A DNA stretch of 57,774 bases. Source: Ferruginibacter sp. GTDB taxonomy: Bacteria > Bacteroidota > Bacteroidia > Chitinophagales > Chitinophagaceae. Where the stretch lies: contig JANOPU010000073.1 in NCBI GenBank assembly GCA_031422055.1, forward strand, positions 1 through 57,774, in the 5' to 3' direction. The first letter of the stretch is position 1, and the number at the start of each line of letters is the position of its first letter. Shown here in pieces: positions 29,839 through 40,866 of this stretch. Position numbers and translations under genes: made by a program. The notes beneath the pieces were generated by a model. It was not told the DNA's origin, searched no databases, and worked only from the letters and a program-made list of their open reading frames with translations.

Positions 29839-30930
29839 ATGAGTGATGGTATAGGTTTAGGAATAAAAATCCACAATTTTAATGCAGGGCCTTCTGTTTT
29901 ACCTGAAACAGTTTTTCAACAGGCTGCAGCATCTGTGTTAAATTTTAATGATACCGGTTTATCCATTTTGGAGATCGGACACCGTACTCCCGAATTTACT
30001 GCTGTTATGGAAGAAGCCAGATCACTTGTAAAAGAACTCATGAATTTAGATACTGACCATGAAGTGCTTTTTTTACATGGTGGTGTATCAACTCAATTCA
30101 TGCAGGTTCCAATGAATATATTAGAAGCCAAAGAAACAGCTGCATTTGCAGATACGGGTGTTTGGAGCAGTAAAGCGATCAAAGAAGCTAAATTTTTCGG
30201 TAAGGTAGAAGTTGTTTGTTCATCCAAAGAAAAAAATTACAATTTCATTCCAAAAGATTTTGCCGTTCCCAATGATGCCAAATATTTTCACATCACTACT
30301 AACAATACTATCTACGGAACACAATGGCAACGAATTCCTAAAACCAGTATTCCACTTATAGCAGATATGAGCAGTGATATTTTCAGCAGGGTACTGGACT
30401 TTAATTCTTTTGATCTGATCTATGCAGGAGTACAAAAAAATTTAGGCCCAGCCGGAGCGAACCTTCTTATCATCAATAAAAATATTTTAGGAAAAATAAA
30501 ACGGCCAATACCTACGATCATGGATTACCGAAATCATATTCAGGAAGAGAGTATGCTAAATACACCTCCGGTATTTGCTGTTTATGTTTGTTTACTTACA
30601 CTACGTTGGTTAAAAAAACTCGGAGGCATAGCGGCCATTGAAAAGAAAAATGCAGAAAAAGCAGCTTTGCTTTATTCCGAAATTGACAACAACCCTTTAT
30701 TCACAGGAACTGTTGCGATTGAAGACAGAAGTAAAATGAATGTATGCTTTGTTATGAAAGATACTAATCTGGAAAAAGATTTCCTGGATTATACAATTTC
30801 ACGTGGAATCATAGGAATAAAAGGCCACCGGTCTGTTGGTGGCTTCAGGGCATCTTTATATAATGCATTGCCATTGAACAGTGTACAGGTATTGGTAAAC
30901 GCTATGCAAACATTTGTCAAAAATCATTAA
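29839..30930 (+). CDS. serC: Phosphoserine aminotransferase
   Basis: NFNAGPS, NNTIYGTQ, DMSSD, YAGVQKNLGPAG (PLP Lys), GHRSVGGFRASLYNA. Confidence 0.97.
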   Translation: MSDGIGLGIKIHNFNAGPSVLPETVFQQAAASVLNFNDTGLSILEIGHRTPEFTAVMEEARSLVKELMNLDTDHEVLFLHGGVSTQFMQVPMNILEAKETAAFADTGVWSSKAIKEAKFFGKVEVVCSSKEKNYNFIPKDFAVPNDAKYFHITTNNTIYGTQWQRIPKTSIPLIADMSSDIFSRVLDFNSFDLIYAGVQKNLGPAGANLLIINKNILGKIKRPIPTIMDYRNHIQEESMLNTPPVFAVYVCLLTLRWLKKLGGIAAIEKKNAEKAALLYSEIDNNPLFTGTVAIEDRSKMNVCFVMKDTNLEKDFLDYTISRGIIGIKGHRSVGGFRASLYNALPLNSVQVLVNAMQTFVKNH

Positions 30931-31007
30931 TAAATAAAATTGAATTATAAAAAAATAAGCTAGCCAGGTAAAGTTTATTTTTGTAATCAAAATTAATAAC
31001 AAGGCAC

Positions 31008-32237
31008 ATGATCACAATAACCCCTTTTAAAGCACTAAGGCCCGAAGCACAACATGCAAAGAGCGTAGCATCAAGGCCCTATGACGTTTTAAACAGTAAA
31101 GAGGCCAAGGTAGAAGCCCAGGGAAATCCAAATTCTTTTTTACACATTACAAAAAGCGAAATAGATCTGCCCGCAACAACAGATATACATGCACCGGTTG
31201 TTTATGAAAAGGCAAAAGAGAACCTGAAGGCTTTTATAAGCAGAAATATTTTATTCAGGGAAAACAAGCCCTGCTATTACATATACAAATTAACCATGAA
31301 CGGTAAAAGCCAGGCAGGATTAGTTTGTGGAAGTTCTGTTGACGATTATGAAAATGACCTGATAAAAAAACATGAATTCACCAGGCCTGAAAAAGAACAG
31401 GATAGGATCAATCATATTAAAATAACAGGAGCTCAAACAGGAAATGTTTTTTTAGCTTACAGAAATGTTCCTGAAATAGACACACTGATCAATAAGTGGA
31501 TCGCAGAAAAAAATCCGCAATATGATTTTACTGCAGCGGATAAGGTGCAACATAGTATATGGATCGTTAGCGATGACAATACGATCAAAAGCCTGACAAA
31601 CTATTTTAAAACCCTGGTACCCTTTACATATATTGCAGACGGCCATCATCGTGCTGCATCTGCAGCCAAGGTAAGAAATGAACTTGGGGCCGGGGCCACC
31701 TCAAATGCTGATTATTTTTTAACAACGTTGTTTCCTTCCAATCAGCTTCACATCATGGATTATAACCGTGTTATTAAAGATCTTAACGGCTTAAACACTA
31801 CAGAATTTATTAAAAAGCTGGATGAGAGATTCATCGTTGAAAAGAAAGAAAACGCTTACCGTCCTGAAACTATACATAATTTTAGCTTATATATTAAAGG
31901 CCAATGGTATAAATTAACCTCCAGGCCGGGTACCTATAAAGAGGACCCTATTGGTATTTTGGATATAAGCATTCTTCAAGAAAATATACTGGAACCCTTA
32001 CTCGGGATCATTGATCAAAGAACTGACAAAAGAATAGATTTTGTTGGTGGCATTCGTGGACTGGAAGAACTTGAAAATCGTGTAAATAGTGGTGAAATGG
32101 AATTGGCAATCAGTTTATTTCCGGTAAGCATTGAACAATTATTTAATGTTGCAGACAGTGGGACAGTAATGCCGCCAAAAAGCACATGGTTTGAACCAAA
32201 ATTAAGAGATGGGTTACTCACTCATTTAATAGATTGA
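31008..32237 (+). CDS. DUF1015 family protein
   Basis: PYDV, IKKHE.T, YIADGHHR and MPPKSTWFEPKLR.G motifs. Confidence 0.92.
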   Translation: MITITPFKALRPEAQHAKSVASRPYDVLNSKEAKVEAQGNPNSFLHITKSEIDLPATTDIHAPVVYEKAKENLKAFISRNILFRENKPCYYIYKLTMNGKSQAGLVCGSSVDDYENDLIKKHEFTRPEKEQDRINHIKITGAQTGNVFLAYRNVPEIDTLINKWIAEKNPQYDFTAADKVQHSIWIVSDDNTIKSLTNYFKTLVPFTYIADGHHRAASAAKVRNELGAGATSNADYFLTTLFPSNQLHIMDYNRVIKDLNGLNTTEFIKKLDERFIVEKKENAYRPETIHNFSLYIKGQWYKLTSRPGTYKEDPIGILDISILQENILEPLLGIIDQRTDKRIDFVGGIRGLEELENRVNSGEMELAISLFPVSIEQLFNVADSGTVMPPKSTWFEPKLRDGLLTHLID

Positions 32238-32259
32238 AAATTTTTTAAATGAATTTATG

Positions 32260-32289
32260 AGAGGTGCTGTTATCAGCGCCTCTTTTTTT
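32260..32289 (+). terminator. Intrinsic terminator after DUF1015
   Basis: agaggtgctg-ttat-cagcgcctct followed by a T run. Confidence 0.75.
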
Positions 32290-32302
32290 ATCTTTACTTA
32301 CG

Positions 32303-33307
32303 ATGAAAAATATTTTGACCCTCATTTTAATAATTTTAGTAACACAATTCTGTTCTGCACAATCGCTTGATGCTAAACAGTTACACGAAACTGCAAAAAC
32401 TTTTATGAAGCAGGGAGACTATCCCAATGCTATACTTGTACTTAATCGAGCCATTCAACTTGATCCGCAAAATATTGCTATTAATAAGGATCTGGCATTA
32501 AATTATTATTTACAGAAAGATAATAACAAAGCATTGGAAATTATTTTACCTGTATTGGAAAGAACGGATGCAGATGATCAGAGTTTTCATATAGCCGGCA
32601 ATATTTATAAGGAATTAAGCATGCAAAAAGAGTGTGAGAAAGTATATAAAAAAGGTATTAAAAAAAATCCGGAAAGCGGTCTCTTATATAATGATTTGGG
32701 CGAATTGATGTTCTCCCAAAGAAATTATGATGCAATCAAACAATGGGAAAAAGGAATTGAGCTGGATCCTTCTTATTCAAAAAATTATTACAATGCAGCC
32801 AAGTATTATTTTTTAACAACAGATAAAGTATGGAGCATTTTATATGGAGAAATATTTATCAATATAGATCCTATAGGAAACAAAACGCCCGAGGTAAAAG
32901 AAATGTTACTGGAGAGTTATAAAAAATTATTTTCTGATGTTAACCTCGAACAAAACTATAAAGAAAAAAATAATTTCGTGCGTGCATTTTTACAAAGCAT
33001 GAATAAACAAACATCCCTGGCATCCTTGGGTATAAATAATGAATCACTTGCTATGATCCGTATACGTTTTATATTAGACTGGAATACCGGAAATAATGCT
33101 AAATTTCCTTTCCATTTGTTTGAGTATCAGAAGCAATTAATACAGGAAGGTATGTTTGATGCATATAATCAATGGATCTTTGGGTCGGCCCAAAACCTGG
33201 CTGCTTTTCAAAACTGGACAAATACTCATAGTACTGAGTATAGTTCATTCAGTAATTTTCAAAAAGGGAAAATTTTTAAACTCCCTTCCGGACAGTATTA
33301 CCACTAA
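32303..33307 (+). CDS. Tetratricopeptide repeat protein, exported
   Basis: Signal peptide from MKNILTL; TPR-like repeats (AI.LDP, GI..NP, GIELDP). Confidence 0.85.
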   Translation: MKNILTLILIILVTQFCSAQSLDAKQLHETAKTFMKQGDYPNAILVLNRAIQLDPQNIAINKDLALNYYLQKDNNKALEIILPVLERTDADDQSFHIAGNIYKELSMQKECEKVYKKGIKKNPESGLLYNDLGELMFSQRNYDAIKQWEKGIELDPSYSKNYYNAAKYYFLTTDKVWSILYGEIFINIDPIGNKTPEVKEMLLESYKKLFSDVNLEQNYKEKNNFVRAFLQSMNKQTSLASLGINNESLAMIRIRFILDWNTGNNAKFPFHLFEYQKQLIQEGMFDAYNQWIFGSAQNLAAFQNWTNTHSTEYSSFSNFQKGKIFKLPSGQYYH

Positions 33308-33462
33308 ACATATTACCGGTATTTTTATTTTACCCCTCTTATAACTATGGATGGCTTTTTTTATTTAACTTAGAAGCTGTTTAAAAATAGTTCCGTAGAT
33401 TTTGTATGCGCCGTAAAGTTTCATTTTTAGACAGCTTCTTAGTTATCATTAAAAAGAAAATC

Positions 33463-33741
33463 ATGGAAGAACAACGGGATGATAAATTATGGCAATTAGC
33501 TAAAAAAAGGGCCGATTTTCAACGTAGCCTTGCATCTTATTTTATAGTTGTGGCGTTTTTGTGGATCTTATGGTGGTTTACTGATGGACGCCATGGAGGT
33601 AATGACGGAATCCCCTGGCCGGCATGGGTTATGGTTGGATGGGGTATTGGCCTGCTGTTTCAATATCTGAATGCATATGGCGGCAGTAAAAAAGACCTTG
33701 TAGAAAAAGAGTACGAGAAACTGAAAAATAAAAATCTTTAA
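33463..33741 (+). CDS. 2TM domain-containing protein
   Basis: AKKRA.F...L..Y, WP.W.M.GWGIGL and EKEYEKL pattern. Confidence 0.8.
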   Translation: MEEQRDDKLWQLAKKRADFQRSLASYFIVVAFLWILWWFTDGRHGGNDGIPWPAWVMVGWGIGLLFQYLNAYGGSKKDLVEKEYEKLKNKNL

Positions 33742-33844
33742 AAATAACCGTATAGGCGTTAAGGCGCTAAGAAAATACTTGCTAATATAAACTTAACGTC
33801 TTCGTGCGTTAGTGGTTAATTTCTTTTTAACGTAACGATTGTAT

Positions 33845-35632
33845 ATGAATGATAATTCAAGGATTTTTGATTTTTTGTATGACCAGCTTGAAAGGTTTCC
33901 CCAGGAAGATATGCTGGCGGAAAAAAAAGACGCTAAGTGGATTACATACAGCACAAAAACCGTTGCAGACACTATAAATAAATTAAGTGCCGGTTTATTA
34001 AAAATAGGATTAAGTGGACATGATATGACCGTGGAGCAACAGGATAAAATCGCTATCATATCGAACAACCGTCCCGAATGGCTGATGCTGGATATGGCTT
34101 GTCAGCAAATTGGTGTTACCCTTTGCCCCATTTATCCCACTACTAATGTAAATGAATTAGAATTTATATTTAATGATGCTACCATTAAATATGTTTTTAT
34201 CAGTGGCCAGGATATTTTAGAAAAAGTTAACAATAACCGTAACAGAACTCCTTCATTAATTAATATTTACAGTTTTGATGAATTACCGGGAACTGATAAT
34301 TGGAAAACACTTTTTGAAACAATTGAACCCGGTTTTTATGAAAAGCTGGCTGATCTCAAAAACAAAATTAAAGCGGAACATTGTGCAACTATTATTTACA
34401 CTTCAGGTACAACAGGTACGCCAAAAGGGGTAATGCTCAGCCACCGGAATCTGGTAAGCAATGTAATCAACGCAAAAAAAACATTCCCTTTCTATGACAA
34501 TCCAAAAGCCCGGGCATTGAGTTTTCTTCCATTGAATCATATTTTTGAACGAATGGCTTCTTATATATATATATCTACCGGAATTTCTATTTACTATGCT
34601 GAAAGCCTGGATACTATTGGTGAAAATTTAAAAGAAATAAAACCTAATATATTTACAACAGTGCCCAGGCTTTTAGAAAAAGTATATGAAAAGATCATGT
34701 CAAAGGGTTCTGAATTAACCGGAATTAAAAGAAAACTTTTTGATTGGGCCGTATCATTAGGAGAGAATTATGACAATATACAATCAGGCGGACTAGCCTA
34801 TAATTTACAATTATCATTGGCCAACAAACTGATCTTTAATAAATGGAGAGAAGGTTTGGGCAACAATGTAGAATGTATCATCACTGGCGGGGCAGCTTGC
34901 CAGGTACGCTTGTTACGAATTTTTAATGCAGCAAAGATTCCAATTTTTGAAGGATACGGGCCAACTGAAAACAGTCCGGTTATCAGCGTAAACTGTAAAA
35001 AGAAAGGTGGAACAAAATTCGGGACTGTTGGATTGGTTGTGGAAGGCCAGGAAGTTAAGATTGAACCGGATGGTGAGATCTGCGTTAAAGGGCCCAGTGT
35101 AATGATGGGTTATTACAAAAAACCGGAATTAACAGCAGAGGCAATTATAAACGGATGGCTTCATACAGGTGATATTGGAATTTTTGAAGATGGTAAATAT
35201 TTAAAAATAACAGACCGTAAAAAAGAATTGTTTAAAACCAGTGGCGGCAAATATGTAGCCCCTCAGGCTATAGAAAATAAGTTGAGGGAATCACCTTTTG
35301 TAGAACAGGTGATGGTGGTTGGTGCTGATCAGAAATTTGTAGGTGCCTTAATTATTCCCTCTATGCCTAACCTGAAAGAATGGATGCGTCTGAAAGGAAT
35401 CAGTTTTGTTACAAATGAAGATGCGGTTCACAATCCTAAAGTACTTGAACTTTATAAAGAACTAATAGAGTCTTTCAACAAATTCTTTAACCATGTTGAA
35501 CAAATAAAAAAATTCGAATTATTACCAAACGAATGGAGTATTGATACTGGTGAAATGACACCCAAGCTCAGTATGAAACGTAAAGTAATTATGGAAAAGT
35601 ATAAAAAAGCGGTGGACAGAATTTACAGTTAA
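33845..35632 (+). CDS. Long-chain fatty acid--CoA ligase
   Basis: YTSGTTGTPKGVMLSH, EGYGPTE, GWLHTGDIG, DRKKELFKTSGGKYVAP. Confidence 0.93.
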   Translation: MNDNSRIFDFLYDQLERFPQEDMLAEKKDAKWITYSTKTVADTINKLSAGLLKIGLSGHDMTVEQQDKIAIISNNRPEWLMLDMACQQIGVTLCPIYPTTNVNELEFIFNDATIKYVFISGQDILEKVNNNRNRTPSLINIYSFDELPGTDNWKTLFETIEPGFYEKLADLKNKIKAEHCATIIYTSGTTGTPKGVMLSHRNLVSNVINAKKTFPFYDNPKARALSFLPLNHIFERMASYIYISTGISIYYAESLDTIGENLKEIKPNIFTTVPRLLEKVYEKIMSKGSELTGIKRKLFDWAVSLGENYDNIQSGGLAYNLQLSLANKLIFNKWREGLGNNVECIITGGAACQVRLLRIFNAAKIPIFEGYGPTENSPVISVNCKKKGGTKFGTVGLVVEGQEVKIEPDGEICVKGPSVMMGYYKKPELTAEAIINGWLHTGDIGIFEDGKYLKITDRKKELFKTSGGKYVAPQAIENKLRESPFVEQVMVVGADQKFVGALIIPSMPNLKEWMRLKGISFVTNEDAVHNPKVLELYKELIESFNKFFNHVEQIKKFELLPNEWSIDTGEMTPKLSMKRKVIMEKYKKAVDRIYS

Positions 35633-35864
35633 TAAACCATTCTCCTCCTGTTACTGAAAAACAAAAAGCCGGAAAATTTAAAAGAAAACCTCTCAAACTT
35701 TCTCGGCTGTTATTTTGCTGCTTTGGGCATTTTCCTGATTCAAGATAAGTAATGCAATACTGTTTTTCATAAGAGCAAAGGCATAGAAATATCAGAAATC
35801 AAAGTAGGTAATTCATAGTTTTTATTATCGTTAAATATTATAAGTAATCTCTTTATTCTAATTA

Positions 35865-36236
35865 TCAAACTGAAGTAAGTATTCCGGGTATAAGCTCAAA
35901 GTCTTTTGACTTATCTATAAAATGTGAAGCACCTAATTTTTTACATAATTTTTTGTAATAATCATTCGAAAGGTTGCTGCACATAACCACTTTAATTTCC
36001 GGGTATTCTTTTACAATGAACTTCAATAAGTCAATTCCGTTTTCCCCCGATAACTGGATATCTAATAAAACGATATCGGTTTTCTTTTTAGCCAGTATAT
36101 CAAAAGCTTCTTTTTGCCCTGTTGCGGTTAATATATTTTTAATAGTTTGGTGGCCTTTCAATATATCCACCAACCGTTCAATAATTATCAGGGAATCATC
36201 AACAATTAAGAGCGTATTATCTGATAACTTCTCCAT
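35865..36236 (-). CDS. Stand-alone receiver-domain response regulator
   Basis: LIVDDS, LLDIQL.G.NG, FIDK; no output domain. Confidence 0.85.
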   Translation of the reverse strand: MEKLSDNTLLIVDDSLIIIERLVDILKGHQTIKNILTATGQKEAFDILAKKKTDIVLLDIQLSGENGIDLLKFIVKEYPEIKVVMCSNLSNDYYKKLCKKLGASHFIDKSKDFELIPGILTSV

Positions 36237-36304
36237 CTTAATTTAATTGAGACAATGCAATGTAAGGTTTGTATAACCAGCATTTCGTAGAGTACAGCGT
36301 AGTT

Positions 36305-36330
36305 ATAATGTAGTATTAAAACTACATTAT
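36305..36330. promoter_or_regulatory. 10-bp inverted repeat between the two response regulator genes
   Basis: ataatgtagt-N6-actacattat; AT-rich, so more like a binding site than a terminator. Confidence 0.4.
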
Positions 36331-36339
36331 GATAAAACA

Positions 36340-36969
36340 TTAAATGAGATTAGATTCAATGGCATATTTGGTAAGGTCAGAGTTTGTTTTAAGATTCATT
36401 TTTGTCATTATTCTTGCCCGGTAAGTACTGATCGTAGTTACGCTCAATGAGAGTATGTCTGCAATTTCAGAAACAGATTTACCAATGGCCAGTTGTTTCA
36501 TAACATCAAACTCCCTGTCTGATAGTAATTCGTGAGCCTGTTTGGCTGAATCCGAATAGAAATTTGTAGCCAGTTTTTCTGCAACAGATGCTGAAATATA
36601 TTTTTTTCCTAAGAGAACAGTTTGTACCGCTTTTACAAGTTCTTCGGAAGCGGACCCTTTATTAAGATAACCGGAGGCTCCGGCTTTTAAAACCCTTAAT
36701 GCATAATGTTCTTCCGGATGAATACTTAAAATGAGTACCGGAAGGTCAGGGTTGATATGCTTGATCTGTTGCAAAGCATCCAAACCACTTCTACCAGGCA
36801 TTGATAAGTCGCTTACCACTACATCCCATTTAGCATTCATTATTTTTTTTATCATTTCCTCCGCATCTGGCACATCTTCAATATGTGCAGTAGGAAATTG
36901 CTCTAATAATATTTGTTTTAACCCTTTTCTTACCACTATATGATCGTCTGCAATTAATATATGTAACAT
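36340..36969 (-). CDS. NarL/LuxR-family response regulator
   Basis: IADDH.VVRKG, DLSMPG, LSDREF.V...LSVTTISTYRARIM.K. Confidence 0.94.
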   Translation of the reverse strand: MLHILIADDHIVVRKGLKQILLEQFPTAHIEDVPDAEEMIKKIMNAKWDVVVSDLSMPGRSGLDALQQIKHINPDLPVLILSIHPEEHYALRVLKAGASGYLNKGSASEELVKAVQTVLLGKKYISASVAEKLATNFYSDSAKQAHELLSDREFDVMKQLAIGKSVSEIADILSLSVTTISTYRARIMTKMNLKTNSDLTKYAIESNLI

Positions 36970-36978
36970 ATTATCAGT

Positions 36979-39900
36979 TTAAGGGTTAATAATATTGTTT
37001 AACAAAGGAACAGAAATTAATACTAATGTACCCTCTCCCGGGCTGGTTTTAATTTCATACTTCCCCCCGATCAGGTTTACTCGTTCTATAATACCGCGTA
37101 ATCCAAGTGTTTTTTTACTGATAATATCATTTTCAATAAACCCAATTCCGTTATCCTGAAAATTTAAGTGAAGGATATTATCAGCTATATAAATGGATGT
37201 GTTAATAGTTTTTGCATCTGCATGTCTGGCCACATTGGTTAACAATTCCTGGTATATCCTGAATAAAGCTGTAATTATATCAGGCTTTAGAATTATTTGA
37301 TCGATATTACCTGTGAAATTAACTTTAATATCTGATCGTTTTTCAAATTCCTCACTTTGCCATTCAAGTGCGGCTATTAAACCCAGATCATCTAAAATAC
37401 TGGGCCTGAGTTCTGTTGCAATTTTTCGAACAGTTTTTATGGTTGTATCAATCAAATTTAATGTTCCGGATATTTTTTCATTAACCATTTGATCTTCCGA
37501 TTTTAGCTTTCGATTTATCCACGACAAGTCCATTTTAAGCCCGGTAAGCTGTTGCCCGAGTTCATCGTGTATTTCTCTGGCAATATGGGTCCTTTCTTCT
37601 TCCCTGATATTTTGTGAATTGATATAAAGTTCCCGTAAAAGTTTACTATTGGCCTTTATTTCTTCTTCCCCATTTTTTCGCTCAGTTATATCAATGAAAC
37701 TGATAACTATTTCAAGTAATTCATTTTTATTATCAAATACGGGAAAGCCATTTACAACAAGCCATTTTATGTCGTTGGTTAGAGGACGGCTGACCCCACA
37801 CACAAAATTTTTAAATCCTTTCTTTTGAGCAGTTATCATATTTACCGGATATTCTTCGAGTGGCAATGCTGTATTATTTTCTCTTAAAAATTTCCATTCG
37901 GGATCAATAGCCAGTTTTCCCTTCATTTGATCTATACTTAAACCAAGTAATTCTGATGCCTTGGGGTTACTTTTAATTATGGAAGTGTCGGGAGCATGAA
38001 TAACAACACCGGCATCCAGATTATCTAATAACCCCCGATACCTTTCTTCACTTTCTTGCAATTCTTTTGCAGCTTTTTTGCTTTCTGTTATATCCCGAAT
38101 TGTAGCAACCATTGTTATTGGTTCATCTTTATCATTATATTTAAGGCTTCCTATTCCATGAATCCATCGTTCCTCCTTATCATTTATGCGGACTATTTTA
38201 TATTCTTTGTCGAATGGAGTTTTTTTACCGATCACTTCCTCAATAAAGTAATCGTTTATTGATTTACGCCAATCTGGATGTATTAAAATTGTCCCGTTTT
38301 CATAAGACCTATCAAAATCAGCATCAATTCCAAATATCTCATCCAGAATTTCAGAACTAGTCCAACTGCCTGTAGTAATATCCAAAGTATATGTTCCGAG
38401 GTTAGCAATGGCTTGGGTTTCTCTTAGAAATTTTTCTCTTTCTATTTGTTCAATCGCTGCTTTTTTGTTTTCAGAAATATCCCTTGCAAAACAGGCTACA
38501 CCCGAAATATTTTCGCCACTGAAGATTGGATGAATACTTACTTCAAATACAGTAAAACTATCTGCTCCTTCTCCCTGGAATTCTACAAATATTGTTTCCC
38601 CCCCTAATCCTTTTTCATATAAATCTTTCCAATGCTGAATGTATCCTTCAGAGAAATAATCTGTCCTTAGAATTTTGTCTCCTGGTTTTATTGATAAACC
38701 GAATTTGTCATGTATATGTTTGATAAAAGTTGAGTTGCCAACTATGAGTTCAAAATCAGTGTTCACACACCATAAAAGATCATTGGTGCTATTGATCAGT
38801 GCTTTATTATCCCTGTACTCTTTTTCTAAGTCGAATTTAGTTTTTTTAAGTTCAGAAATATCACGAACAAATGCAAGGAAACGTTCACCAGAAATGAATT
38901 TAGCGGTAACCTCCACATCCAATAATGTTCCATCCTTCCTCTGCATTCTTCTTTCTGCTCTTGCCACTTTGTTATTTGCCATTTCTGAAAAATGGAAAGG
39001 ATCCTTTTTTATATCATCCGCTAATACAAGATCATAAATAGTCATACCTAATAATTCACTTTCCGAATACCTTGTCATTTTTATCCCACTCGGATTAATG
39101 ATAATAAATTTTCCTGATCTATCTGCAATAAAAATACCATCGCTTGCCTGTTCTACTAAAGTGCGGTATTTTTCCTCACTTACTTTTAAAGCCTCTTCAG
39201 CTAGTTTACGTGCAGAAATATCTCTTACAAAACCGATCAGCGTATTTAATAAGGTCATCTTTGAATTAACCTCAACAAAAACAAATGTTCCGTCTTTTTT
39301 TAAAAATCTTCTTTCATGCAACAAGCTTCCGCCTTGTAACAGTTCATCAAAACGAAAAGGATTTGCTTGAATATCTTCATGAGGAATAAATTGCTCTGCA
39401 TGTTTGCCAATCATAAAATCAATATCATAACCACCCATTCGGGCAATACTTTGATTTACTTCAAGTATTACACCCTTCAAGTCGGTGATGATGATCCCGT
39501 CAGATGCCTGTTCAATTAATGAACGGTATTTTATTTCTCTTTCCTTTACTAAAAGTTCTCCTTTTTTATTTGCTGTAATATCAATAACAGAAGCCATCCA
39601 ATGTGTTTTGCTATTTAAGTCCATGTGCTCAATAGATATTAGTATATAGACTAATTCGCCTTTCAGTGTTTCAATTTCTATTTCATAATTATTCAAATGG
39701 CCTTCAGCTTTCAATATTTCTTCGATATAATTGCTGACTGCTGCTCTTTTTTCAGGATTTATCTTGCTGATCAATCCAGAGTTATCAGAAAGTTTACCAA
39801 TTAGTTCTTCTCTGGTGGATTCCAATATAGATGCATACGTTTCATTAATATCAATGAATTTGAAATCGCTGTCAAATATGGCAAACCCCATTACTTTTGA

Positions 39901-40866
39901 TTGAAATGCCCTTGAAAATTTTTCTTCACTTTCTTTCAATTGCCTGGTTCTTTCTTTAACAAGCAGATCCAGTTTCATGGGCCTTCGGGACACATTATAA
40001 ACAAACAAGCTGCCTAAAAAAGCTAATAATAACCCTAGAATGGCGAGTAAAATAATATCTTCAAATCCGGAATATGTTTTTACCGGAATAACTGAGAGTT
40101 TCCATTCACCATTGGGTACATTTACAGAAACATTTTCACTATCCAAAAACTGAACCTGGTGCTGTATATAAAACTCTTCTTTTTTAGTATCCAGATTTAT
40201 TTTTGAAAGTTGATAGTAATACCCGGAATTGCCTGTACTATCTATGCCGGCAGTTCTTAATAAAGTGAGTAATTTTATAACGACCGCAGAAAATCCCCAG
40301 AATTTATTATTTCTGAATACTGGCAACCTTCCCACAACTCCCATTCCTCCCTGTTTTAATTCAAACGGACCTGCAAAATATATTTCTCCTTTTTCAATAG
40401 CCTTGTATGCCTCTTTATTCCTGGCAGAGTCTTTCAGTATATCATAACCAATAACTTTTTCGTTACCCTTTAAAGGATACACATATCGTATAACACCGCC
40501 AGGCACCAATTGCAATGCATCAATATCATTCGTAGCATTCAGGATCTGCGAAGCAATTGAATCGAAATTTTTTACGGAACCGTCGTTTTGAACAAAGAAA
40601 GAAAGAGTTCTGGTAGCAGATAAACTGAGAACAAGTGACTCCTGTAATCTTAGCCTGGCATTATTAGCAACTGTTAATGCTTCTTCCTTTTTGTACTGTT
40701 TCCTGTTACTGTATCGCTGGTAAATAATAGCGCCGAACAAAAAGGCAAGTATGAGAAAGCTAATAATTCCTATATAAGCCGATCGTTTCATAGAAACAAT
40801 AGGTCTATCTAAATAAATTGATGCACCTTTTTTCAGATCATACTGACTATTAAATTCTGTACCCAT
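36979..40866 (-). CDS. CHASE + multi-PAS sensor histidine kinase (HisKA_3)
   Basis: TM-CHASE (YPL.GNE..IG.D; AGPFEL.QGG)-TM, about six PAS domains, REEER.HIAREIHDELGQ.L, RPSILDDLGL, QELLTNVARHA. Confidence 0.92.
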   Translation of the reverse strand: MGTEFNSQYDLKKGASIYLDRPIVSMKRSAYIGIISFLILAFLFGAIIYQRYSNRKQYKKEEALTVANNARLRLQESLVLSLSATRTLSFFVQNDGSVKNFDSIASQILNATNDIDALQLVPGGVIRYVYPLKGNEKVIGYDILKDSARNKEAYKAIEKGEIYFAGPFELKQGGMGVVGRLPVFRNNKFWGFSAVVIKLLTLLRTAGIDSTGNSGYYYQLSKINLDTKKEEFYIQHQVQFLDSENVSVNVPNGEWKLSVIPVKTYSGFEDIILLAILGLLLAFLGSLFVYNVSRRPMKLDLLVKERTRQLKESEEKFSRAFQSKVMGFAIFDSDFKFIDINETYASILESTREELIGKLSDNSGLISKINPEKRAAVSNYIEEILKAEGHLNNYEIEIETLKGELVYILISIEHMDLNSKTHWMASVIDITANKKGELLVKEREIKYRSLIEQASDGIIITDLKGVILEVNQSIARMGGYDIDFMIGKHAEQFIPHEDIQANPFRFDELLQGGSLLHERRFLKKDGTFVFVEVNSKMTLLNTLIGFVRDISARKLAEEALKVSEEKYRTLVEQASDGIFIADRSGKFIIINPSGIKMTRYSESELLGMTIYDLVLADDIKKDPFHFSEMANNKVARAERRMQRKDGTLLDVEVTAKFISGERFLAFVRDISELKKTKFDLEKEYRDNKALINSTNDLLWCVNTDFELIVGNSTFIKHIHDKFGLSIKPGDKILRTDYFSEGYIQHWKDLYEKGLGGETIFVEFQGEGADSFTVFEVSIHPIFSGENISGVACFARDISENKKAAIEQIEREKFLRETQAIANLGTYTLDITTGSWTSSEILDEIFGIDADFDRSYENGTILIHPDWRKSINDYFIEEVIGKKTPFDKEYKIVRINDKEERWIHGIGSLKYNDKDEPITMVATIRDITESKKAAKELQESEERYRGLLDNLDAGVVIHAPDTSIIKSNPKASELLGLSIDQMKGKLAIDPEWKFLRENNTALPLEEYPVNMITAQKKGFKNFVCGVSRPLTNDIKWLVVNGFPVFDNKNELLEIVISFIDITERKNGEEEIKANSKLLRELYINSQNIREEERTHIAREIHDELGQQLTGLKMDLSWINRKLKSEDQMVNEKISGTLNLIDTTIKTVRKIATELRPSILDDLGLIAALEWQSEEFEKRSDIKVNFTGNIDQIILKPDIITALFRIYQELLTNVARHADAKTINTSIYIADNILHLNFQDNGIGFIENDIISKKTLGLRGIIERVNLIGGKYEIKTSPGEGTLVLISVPLLNNIINP

